A stretch of 64,000 nucleotides of DNA from Scenedesmus sp. PABB004 (lineage: Eukaryota), in the NCBI GenBank assembly GCA_014905635.1, contig JABVCE010000005.1, positions 682,001 to 746,000 on the forward strand, written 5' to 3'. The position numbers and the translations under genes were made by a program. This document shows, piece after piece, positions 52,927 to 62,549 of the stretch (the stretch's first letter is position 1; each line of letters opens with the position of its first letter). The notes beneath the pieces are model-generated. The model had not been told where the DNA came from and did no database searches. It saw only the letters and a list, made by a program, of their open reading frames with translations.

Positions 52927-53119
52927 TCCCCGCCACCGCACGTGTCTGGAGCTGTGGCACCAAAAACGGAGCTGCGGCACCAAAAACACGTTTGGTTCCG
53001 ACATTTTTGCGTAACAAAACAATCAATAAAATATTATTTTACAATTATCCGGCATTAAAAACGCATATTTGACATTTGCCTATTATATGCAGCATAATTG
53101 CGCCAAATTCGTTGGATGA

Positions 53120-53193
53120 ACCCATGTAGCTCAATCGGATAGAGCGGTTGACTTCTAATCAACAGGTCGCGGGATCGAGGCCCGCCATGGGTG
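53120..53193 (+). tRNA. trnR: tRNA-Arg(UCU), intronless
   Basis: Acceptor ACCCATG/CATGGGT+G, D arm GCTC...GAGC, anticodon arm GTTGA-CTTCTAA-TCAAC, T arm GCGGG-ATCGAGG-CCCGC. AT-rich/TATA-like upstream region and TTTT terminator at 53201-53204. Confidence 0.93.
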
Positions 53194-53230
53194 CGGAGTA
53201 TTTTGGCACGATTTCCAGCCATTTTGCCTT

Positions 53231-55858
53231 ACCTGTTTGTGGGGCAGGCGCTCCTGTGCCACCTCCGTGCGTGTGGGGTAGGGCTGGCTGCAGCGGGCAC
53301 CCAGGTGGTGGCGGCGCAGTACGCGGATGACGCGGAGCCGTTCATCACCTCGCTGCAGGGCGTCCCCCACTTTTGCGGGTGCATGAATGACTTTGCAGCG
53401 GCGTCGGGGCAACGCCTCAACCTCACCAAAACCAAGCTGCTGCCCATTGGGCTGCAGGCGGCGGCGGCGGGGAGCGGCGGCCAGCCCCAGGCGGTGCACG
53501 GCATGCCCGTCGTGCACACTGCTGCAGCGTTGGGGATTGTGTTTGACGGTCGGGGCGGCAGCGACGCTGATTGGGAGACGCGTATGACACACGTGCGGCG
53601 CGCGCTGCGGCGTGTGTCGATGCTCCCGCGCATGTCGTCGTTTGGCCGCGCCTTTGCGGCCAACGCGTACGCGCTGGCCACGGTGCTCTACGCGGGCCAG
53701 TTTGGGGGTGGCTTGACGGAGCAGCATCTCACTGACATCCTAAAGTGGTGCGGAGGGCTGGTGGACGCAGGGTTGGACCCTGAGGGCGACCTGCGCCGCC
53801 CGCCCGGCATCCCCAAGGCATGCATGGCTGCGCATCCGAGGGAGGGAGGCATGGGGCTGCTGCCGGTGCGCGAACACCTGCATGCGCGCTGGGCGATGGA
53901 GGGCGCGGAGCTCATCACGGGGCAGGGGGCCGCGGGTGCAGTGCCCTGGGCGGCGGTGTGTGGGGAACTTTGGCGCGTGTGGGCAGATCGCGTGCGCCCC
54001 GATGCGGGCGCGTGCGGAGACACGGTGTGGGGATTAATGTTGTGCGACAAACGCCTTCTTTTTGACAGCGGGCGCCAGCGGCTGCCGCAGCCCCTGCGCT
54101 CGTTCGCGCTCGGGCTGCGCGCGCTGCCGCCGCTGGAGTGGCTGGGGCCGGGCGAGTATGACTGGCGGGCCCACAGCTGGGATGCCCCCCTGTGGGGCAA
54201 CCCGCTGCTCACGGTGCGGCAGCAGTGGCGCTGGCCGGCCCAGCCGGGGGAGGAGTGTGTGCGTGATGTGGCAGTGGGCTTGGAATGTGTGGCGGCCCCG
54301 GGCTTGCGCGGGCTGCCCTGCCTGCAGACGGTGGGCCAGGCGGTCACGCTGCTGGCCGTTATTGAATCGGATCGGTTGACTCCGCCTCGTTGGGGCCTTG
54401 GGTTGGCGGAACACATGAATTACCTGGCTGCAGTCTGGGTGCCATGCCTGGCTTCCCGGCAGTGTTACCATGCAGGTAGGCAGCGTGCACTCGATGACGT
54501 GCGCGCGCTGGTTGACAGGCTGCCGCCATCCTGGGTGGCGGCGGCGCGAGCTCGGCTGGCGGCGGCGGCGCGCGCGGGCCAGCCCGTGAGCGCCCCGGCG
54601 CCGGTACAGCCAGCAGCGTTGGCGGCGGCGCGTGCGGCGCGTGCGGCGATTGCGGTTGGCCTGGGCTGGCCGCTTGTGGGTCGGCCGGTGCAGCCTGGTT
54701 GCCGGCCGGGGATACGGCTGGGGCAGCTCACGGTGGCGCTGGCCACGCGGCTGCAGGCGCTGCCGGCGCGCGCGGAGCTGCATGCCCGCCACCACCGCCA
54801 CTGTCTGACGGTTTCTGAGTTTGATGGTTTGCAGCACATTGGAGGTGATGAGCTTGCGATGCGCACGCGCCACGCCACGGTGTGCCAAGCCCTGGCGCGC
54901 TGGTGGCAGCTCAAGGTGCCCAACACGTACAAGGAGGCGGCCTGGCGGCTCACGCTGCAGGCCTTTCCGACTGCCAGCCGCATGCAGCCGGGGCCGGGCA
55001 TGGTGGACTATTGTGTCTACTGCTGCCCAGGGCCGCCGGAGGCGCCGGAGCCAGCGGAGGCGTCCGGACTGGGCGGCGCGCTGCACCCGAGCGAGGCGCA
55101 CCATTTCTGGCGGTGCCCGGTGGCAGGCGAGGTGTGGGGTGAGATCGAGAAGCAGCTGGCTGCTTTTTTTTTTTTGTGTAACTATCTTTATCTTTATCTT
55201 TTTTTGACTGGTGGCCGGACGGCGCGCGCTTGCACTGCAGGCACATCTGGCTGGGGTGCCGGCCTCGGGAGCAGCTATCCCAGATGGTCTGGGACATGGT
55301 CTGCATCGCTGCAATTCACGCGTGCGAACGCGGCCGGCGCGTGGCCTGGATTTTCCTGCAAGTGCGGGAGCGTGCCTTGCCCTTTGACGTGGCCCGAGAC
55401 ATAGTCAGGCGGGCGGCAGTGAGTGCGTTTTGGGAGGCGCTGGCCGACTTTGCGGCGACCGCTTACGTGCCCCGCGCTGCCCGTACGCCCGACCTGACGG
55501 GCCAGCCCTTTCTGGCTTGGTGCACTCCCCGCGTCGCGGGGAGTGGCTTGGTTGTTATTCGGCGATGAGGATGGTGGCATTCTCCCAGCACTCCCGCGCG
55601 CGCGGGTTGCGCGCTCGCGGGCACGCGCGACCCGCGGTCACCGGCTGCCGCCGACACTGAAATACTGCTACTGCCCAGCAGCGAGCGATCGGTCAAGGTG
55701 TGTGCGCGGAGACAGCACTGAGTGTGTGCAGGTGACGCTTTTGGGCGTGAGCGTGGCCACGGGCGGCAGCTGCGCGTGAGTGACTGACTATACCAAAGTG
55801 ATGGGGTCCGTGTTTGCGCCGTAGGCGCTTGTTCACCCCTGGTAACGCCCTTCTTTTT
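53231..55858 (+). mobile_element. 5'-truncated L1/Tx1-like non-LTR retrotransposon (C-terminal RT, zf-RVT-like CCHC region, 3' UTR, (TTC)n tail)
   Basis: YLFVGQALL, QYADDA, FAAASGQRLNLTKTKLLPIG, LGI, HPREGGMGL, WWQLKVPNTYKEAAWRL, CVYC...HHFWRCPVA. ORF ends at 55568 and is interrupted by a short insertion near 55165-55205. Confidence 0.92.
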
Positions 55859-55871
55859 GCCATTTTGCCTT

Positions 55872-56374
55872 TGACGCTTCAACCGTCAGGGATGGTGGCA
55901 TTCTCCCAGCACTCCCGCGCGCGCGGGTTGCGCGCTCGCGGGCACGCGCGACCCGCGGTCACCGGCTGCCGCCGACACAGAAATACTGCTACTGCCCAGC
56001 AGCGAGCGATCGGTCAAGGTGTGTGCGCGGAGACAGCACTGAGTGTGTGCAGGTGACGCTTTTGGGCGTGAGCGTGGCCACGGGCGGCAGCTGCGCGTGA
56101 GTGACTGACTATACCAAAGTGATGGGGTCCGTGTTTGCGCCGTAGGCGCTTGTTCACCCCTGGTAACGCCCTTCTTCTTCTTCCATTTTGCCTTGGGCGG
56201 CAGCTGCGCGTGAGTGACTGACTATACCAAAGTGATGGGGTCCGTGTTTGCGCCGTAGGCGCTTGTTCACCCCTGGTAACGCCCTTCTTCTCCGCCATTT
56301 TGCCTTTGACGCTTCAACCGTCAGGGTCCCGGCGCCGTAGGCGCATGATTCACCCTGTGTAACTCCCTTCTTCT
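55872..56374 (+). mobile_element. Three further head-to-tail 3'-end copies of the same element (55872-56182, 56195-56293, 56307-56374)
   Basis: Near-identical 3' UTR sequence ending GCGCCGTAGGCGC...GTAACGCCC(TTC)n, each followed by (G)CCATTTTGCCTT. The last copy is diverged. Confidence 0.88.
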
Positions 56375-56556
56375 GCCATTTTGCCTTCCACGGAGGTGCC
56401 GGGGGTGTCTGGGGTGCCTGGCTGTCACCTGGGGGGGCCGCCGGGGCGGGCCAGCGAGCAGCGCGCGCTGGCGGCCTCAGCCGCGCCGATCGGGCGGTGG
56501 CGCTGAACTGGAATGGAAAACCTTTGCCCCTGCCCCCTCCCGCCCCGCGCCCCGCC

Positions 56557-56727
56557 CTGCTCCTCGCCCGCCGACGCCACCATGGCGGCGCCGTCCCCGC
56601 CCCCGTCCGCGGCGCCGGCGCCGCGGCGCCGGCGCCGCCGGCCACGCCCAGCAGCATCTCCAGCAGCTCCGCGTCATACGCACTGCCGCCGGCGCCGCGC
56701 GCGCCATCGACACCGGGCGGCGTCGCC
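56557..56727 (-). pseudogene. Inverted duplicated exon fragment of the 58401 gene (source about 60523-60681)
   Basis: Reverse complement encodes TPPGVDGARGAGGSAYDAELLEMLLGVAGGAG versus TPPGVDGAPGAGGSAFDAELLEMLGVAGGAG in the source, with indels. Confidence 0.85.
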
Positions 56728-56766
56728 GCCCGCGCCGGCGCGCCGCGCGCCCGCCCGCTGCCGCAC

Positions 56767-57231
56767 CTGCGTGCGGCTGGTGTTGAGATGGCGGCTAGCG
56801 GCAGCCAGGAGCTGGAGGCTGGAGCTGGCGGCGGCGGCAGCGGCAGCGTCAGCGACCCCGGCGTCGTGGCTAGCGCGGCGGCCCCTCGGGCTGCTGACGC
56901 AGGCGCGGCGGTCAGCATCAGCGATAGCGGCGTCACGGCTGATACGGCGGCCCCTCGGGCTGATGATGTCAGCGCGGCGGTCAGCGTCAGCAGCGTCTCT
57001 GCTGGTGCGGCGGCCCCTCGGGCTGCCGTTACCGGCGCGGCGAGTCGGTGTGCAGCACTGGAGCAGGCTCGGCGTTATTTGCTTGGTGACCTGCTGCAGG
57101 ATCAGCTTGCTGTTCACTCTGTGGCAGATTATGTGATGGACATCTGGAAGATGCGGGACACCGTCCTTAAGGGGCGCGGGACCAATGGGCGCGAGCCTGT
57201 GGTGTAACTATCTTTATCTTTATCTTTATCT
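56767..57231 (+). mobile_element. Probable 5'-truncated LINE of another family (RTE/RTEX-like?) with (TATCTT)n tail; left boundary approximate
   Basis: Lower-GC ORF end LEQARRYLLGDLLQDQLAVHSVADYVMDIWKMRDTVLKGRGTNGREPVV* running into GTGTAAC(TATCTT)4. The same tail recurs at 55176-55200. Confidence 0.6.
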
Positions 57232-58400
57232 TGCCGCGGCGCTGCCCCGCGCCCGCCCCGCGCGCAGCGAGCGCAGCGCCCAAGAGCAAGGTCACCACGC
57301 GCGCGCTGCTGCTGGCCGCCCCGCCTCCCTCGACCCGCCGGCACCCCGGGGTCAGCAGCTGCTGACGGCGCCTGCAGGCGCCGCCTAGGCGTCGCTCGTG
57401 CCGGCTCGTGCCGGCGTCGCCGCCTTGGCCTCGGGCCCGCGCGGGCGGCCGACGTCGGCCGCGGGGTCATCGCTGTCGTCATCGCCGTCGTCTTGGCGGT
57501 CGTCGTGGGCGTAAGCGGCGTCAGCGGCGTCGGCGTCGTCGCAGAGAGCCGGTTTGACTGTGGTCGATCTGCTCCTGCTGCGGGTCCGCGGCCGCGGCGG
57601 GGGCTGGCGACCCCTCGCCGGCCGCCTGGGCCGGCAGGGGCGGCCCCGCCTCCATGGGAGGCGCGGCGCGGCGCGGCGCGCGTGCGGCGCTGCGCGGCGC
57701 GGCGCGACGCAGCCGCGGCGCTTGCTGCCCGGCGCCCTGAACGTGGCGCGGGGCGTGGGCGTGGGCCAGGGGCCCGGGCGGGGCCAGGGGCGGTCTGTCG
57801 CAGAGCGGGGAAGCCTCTAGGGGGAGGGGCAGGCGGCGGCGGGCTTGGAACGACCGTCGCGTTGACCGCGACCGCGGCTCCGCCTCCACCACGCCGGGCA
57901 GCCCAGCTGCTCTGCGGCAGCCCGTCGCGCGCGCGAGGCGCGTGGCCGCCGGGGCCCTGCCGCGGCGCCGCAGCAGCGGCACCGCTGCCACGTGGCTCGC
58001 TCAAGCGGTCGGGACGGGACGGCGGCTCTGCGCTATGCGGCCGGTGGTACGGAGTATTTTGCCGCCCCCCAGACCGCACAACGGCCCTCCCGAGCCGCCA
58101 GGCGCCTCGCCGGGCGCCGCCGGGCGCCGCCGGGCGCCGCCGGGGCGGGCAGCGCGCCCCAGGGCACGGCGGCCTGAACCACGCTGCGCCGCTCTCACAG
58201 CGGTGGCCCCCATTCCGATCAGCACTGGGCGGGGCACCGCGCGCCGCAGCCCGCGCCCGCAGCCGAGCGCGCAGGGGGGGCGCGCGAGCAGCAGAGCAGC
58301 GGCGGCGTGCTGCGCCCGGCGCGGCCCGCAGCGCTCGCGCGGCGCCGCGTGCGACGGCCAGGCGCAGCAGCCCGTCCCGCCGCCCCGCACCGCGGCGCCC

Positions 58401-61400
58401 ATGGCGGCGGCGGGGCGCCTGCAGACGGTCGAGCATGTGGCAACAGAGGACGACGATGGCCCGGACGCCAGCAGCAGCGACGGCCCGCCCCCGCTAATGG
58501 ACGACGACGGCGGCCTCAGCGACGCCGGGGGTGACGACGACGACCTGCCCAGCCTGGCGGGCTCGTCAGACACGGAGGAGGGCGGGAGCTGCCCCCCCCC
58601 CCTGGATGACCCCGACTCGGTGCGCTGGAGCTCACGTGAGGGCTCCCCGCCCCTCCCAACGCGGCGCCGAGGGGGGCATCTAGGCCTTGGCGCCCAGCGC
58701 CGCGCGCGCCGGGGCGTGCTGCCCCGCCGCGCGCGTGCTGCTGCTGCTGCGCTGCGCGGGGCGCGGGCGCCGCCGCCCGACGGCCGCCGCCCGCGCCGCG
58801 CCGCGCGCCGCCGCCGCAGGACGACAGCGACGCGGCGAGCCTCGCCGACTCTGCGGCGAGCGCCGACGACAGGGACGACATGCCGGACCTGGAGCAGAGC
58901 GCGAGCGGCTCCGGCAGCGACGACGACGAAGAGAGCGACGGCGGCGGCGCGCACTTTGGCAGCGGCCTGCCCAAGGGTGCGCGCGGCACGCGCGAGCGGC
59001 AGCGGCACACGCGGCAGCGGAGTGTGCCGCGTGCGAGCACAGGGCGCCTCGTGCGTGCCCCCCCCCTTCACAACACACCAAAGCGAGCGCGCGCTCGCCC
59101 CCCCCCCCCCCCGCGCCGCCAGGCTTCCTCGGCAGCCGCGCCAAGGGCGGCGCCGCCGCGGGGCCGTCGGCGGGCTACAGCGGCGCGGGCGTGGGGCAGC
59201 GCGAGGAGCCAAGGCCCCGCGCCGCCGGCGCCAGCAAGGCCAAGGCCGACGCGGCGGCGGGGCGGCGCCCGGGGTCGGCCCAGGAGAAGCGCTGGCAGGG
59301 CGCGGAGAAGCGGCGCACGCCGCGCGAGCCGCCGCCACCGGCGGCGCCGCTCGCGCCGGCGGAGGTCGTGAAGCGCGACGAGGCGATGCGGGAGCTGGAG
59401 CGCGAGCGCATGGACATGCGCCGCCGCCTGCAGGTGCGCGCCGCCGCCGCAGCCGCGCCGGCGGCCGCGCGGCCGCGCCCGCCGCGGGCGCCGCCGCGCC
59501 GACCGCGCCCGGGCTGGCCGCGCTGCCGCCGCGCCGCGGCGCCGCAGATGGTGCAGGAGGTGGGCCGCGCCGCGCCGCAGCCGCTCGGGCGCTGCTGCCT
59601 CAACCGCGGCCTCGCCGGCGCGGTGCACCACTGCAAGCTGGACGCCCGGACCGCGCTGGTGCGTGGCGCGCGGCCCGGCGCGCCGCGTGCGCCGCGTGCG
59701 CCGCCGCCCGGCGGCCCCGCGGCTCCCCCCCCCCCCCCAGGTTCCCCCACCCACCCGCCACCCACACCCACCCACCCGCCGGCGCCGCCGCCGCCGGCGC
59801 CGCCGCGCGCGTGCAGGTGTGGCCGAGCGAGAAGCGCATGGACCTGCGCTGCAGCGCGGGCTGCGCGCTGCTGTGGCACCAGCAGTGCTGGCGGACCTTC
59901 CAAGAAGAGTACGAGGCGGAGACCCGGACCAACCTCACAGCGGTGCGCCGCGCCGCGCCGCGAGGGCCCCTGCGCCGCGCGGGCCTCGTTGCGGCGCCGC
60001 ATCGAGCCGCGCCTGCCGCCCACCTCGCCCGCCCGCCCCCGCGCGCGCCGCCGCGCGCCGCAGGCGCTCAAGGTGCGCGACAAGGCGCGCCCGCCGGTCG
60101 TGCGCTGCGTGACGCCGGGGTGCTACGGGCACGTGACCTACCTGGGCAGCTTCGAGGGCCCCCCCGGGCAGGAGACCTTCAAGAGCATGCAGTTCCTGCC
60201 CACGCAGGTGCGGGGCAGGCGCGGGGAGGCGCCGCGCTGCGCGCGGGGCCGTCGCGGGGCAGCGCCGCGACTCCCTTTGCGCCGCGACCCCCTAACCCCT
60301 CCCCCCTTGCGCCGGCAGGACAACCTGGCGGCGATCAAGGAGTCCGAGGCGGCGGAGCGCGCGGCGGCGGCGGCGGAGCGCGCGGCGGCGGCGGCGGCGC
60401 GCGCCGAGGCGCGCGCGGCGGCCAAGGCCGCCGCCGACGCGGCGGCGCTCGCGCGCTGGCGCGCGCGCACGGGCTGGGTGCCGGCGGGGCCCAAGAAGCC
60501 GCGCGGCAAGGCGCCGCGCGCGCCGACGCCGCCCGGTGTCGACGGCGCGCCCGGCGCCGGCGGCAGTGCGTTTGACGCGGAGCTGCTGGAGATGCTGGGC
60601 GTGGCCGGCGGCGCCGGCGCCGGCGCCGCGGACGGGGGCGGGGACGGCGCCGCCGTGGTGGCGTCGGTGGGCGAGGAGCAGCAGCCCAAGAGTAAGGGCA
60701 TCCAGATCCGCGTGCGCGCGGAGGTGCAGCCCGTCGCGCTCGTGCGGCGCGCCGAGGAGGACGCGCGCGCGCACACGCCCAAGGGTGAGTGTTGAGGGGG
60801 GGGGGGGGGGGCAGCGCACGTCGCGCTGCTGCGCGCCGCGCCGTGCCGCGGCTCACTGCGCCGCTCACCCGCGCCGCCGGCGCAGGCGCCTCGGCGGCGG
60901 CACCACCGGCGGAGCGCGAGGTTGGCCTGGATGAGCTCCGGGCGCTGGGCGCGGCGGGCGGCGGCAAGGGGGGCAAGAAGAAGGGCCGCGGCATCAAGCT
61001 GCACATCTCAGAGCTGCAGGTCACGCAGGCACGGCGCGGTGCTGCGCCGCGGCCGGGGCGCGAGCGCGGGAGGGCGGCGGCGGCCGGGCGCGGGCGCGGG
61101 GCGGCGGCCGCGGCGCGCGTGCGCGCTCGCCCGCGCCCACGCGCCCCCTGCGCCCCGCGCCGCGCAGGAGGCCGGGGCGCCGCCGGCGCACGCGTCGCCG
61201 TCGTCGCCGGCGGCGCGCGGGTCGTCGGCGCGGCGCGGCGGCGGCGCCGGGCCCAGCCCGGCGGCGCCGCTCAGCGCTGGCGACTTTCCCAGCCTCGACC
61301 AGGCCGCGGCGCTGGGGCGCGACGAGGGCGTGGCGGAGACCGACCACCTGGCAGTCGCGCTGGCGCGGCTCAAGCTCGGTGCGCGCCGGGGCGCTGCGCG

Positions 61401-62053
61401 GGCGCCGCGGCGCTTGGTCGGGCGCGGGCCCCGCGCGGCGCGCCGACGCGCGGCGCCGCGTCCCGCGGCGCAGGCGTGAGCGAGACGAGCACGACCGCGG
61501 TGGTGCTGCTGGAGTGCGTGGACTTTTACATGCTCGACAAGCGCGACGAGGACCCCGAGGCGACGCTGTCGGCGCTCGCGCAGGCCAAGAGCGGCGAGGC
61601 ACCGCTGATGGTCTGGATCTTCAGGCCGCAGGAGGCCGCCGCGCTGCTCATGCCGTCGCAGGCGGCGGCTGACCTCGTCTAGTGAGCCGCGGCGGCGGCG
61701 GCGCGGCGGGGCTGCGGAGCGCGGGCTGCAGAGGGCGGGCTACAGGGCGCGCGCCGGCGAGAGCGCCTCGCCGTGCCGTGCCGCCGAGCCGCCGCCGCGC
61801 GCCGCGCGCGCCGCGCCGCGCGCGCCGCAGCATGTACTGCCACCGCCACCAGCTGCACCGCAAGCAGCTGCAGCCGGCGTACCTGCGCGAGCCGCCGGAG
61901 CCCGACGTGCTGCACGAGGCGTGCCCGCAGTACGTCCCGCCCGGCTACGAGGCGCAGGTCGAGATGCACCAGGCGCTGCAGGAGCAGCAGGCGCGCGCGG
62001 CGGGCGCTGCGCGCGCGCGCGGGGCGGCGCGGCCGCGGCCCGCTGCTGCCGAC

Positions 62054-62086
<33 letters not shown>

Positions 62087-62505
62087 TGTGCGCGGCCGCA
62101 GACGCTCGGCGAGACCACCGGCGGCGGGCTGCCACAGGCGGAGCTGGATGACCTCGCGCGGCAGGTGCGCGAGGGCACGCTGTCGAACGAGGAGCTCATG
62201 CGGCGCCTCGCCCCCGAGGGCAGCAGCGCCCAGGGCGGCGACGACACCAGCAGCGCCGGCGGAGCCGGCGGCGCGCAGCGGCCGCGCAGCGGCGCCAGCG
62301 CGCAGCCGCCGGCCAGCGGCGCCAGCGCGCAGCGGCCGGCCAGCGGCGCCAGCACGGAGCGGCCGGGCAGCGGCGCGGCCTCTGGCAGCAAGCAGCACGC
62401 TGCGATGCGCGTGCTGCAGGGCGCGGCGGCGCTGCAGCGGCAGCCGGTGCCGCCGCCGCAGCCGCCGCAGCCGCCGCGGCCGCGGCAGCCGGTGCCGCCG
62501 CCGCA

Positions 62506-62549
<44 letters not shown>

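Noticed and set aside
53218..53230. Target motif read as a start-codon context (minus strand GCAAAATGGC) or an snRNA Sm site
   Set aside because: No credible ORF or recognisable snRNA surrounds the reconstructed empty site.
55569..56374. Penelope-like element or hammerhead ribozyme in the tandem 3' repeats
   Set aside because: No CTGANGA...GAAA core found by eye, and the RT and Zn-finger are L1/Tx1-like.
55859..56387. CRISPR-like array (recurring CCATTTTGCCTT with intervening sequence)
   Set aside because: The repeat is only 12-13 bp, the 'spacers' are nested copies of one 3' UTR of 68-311 bp, there are no cas genes and the context is eukaryotic.
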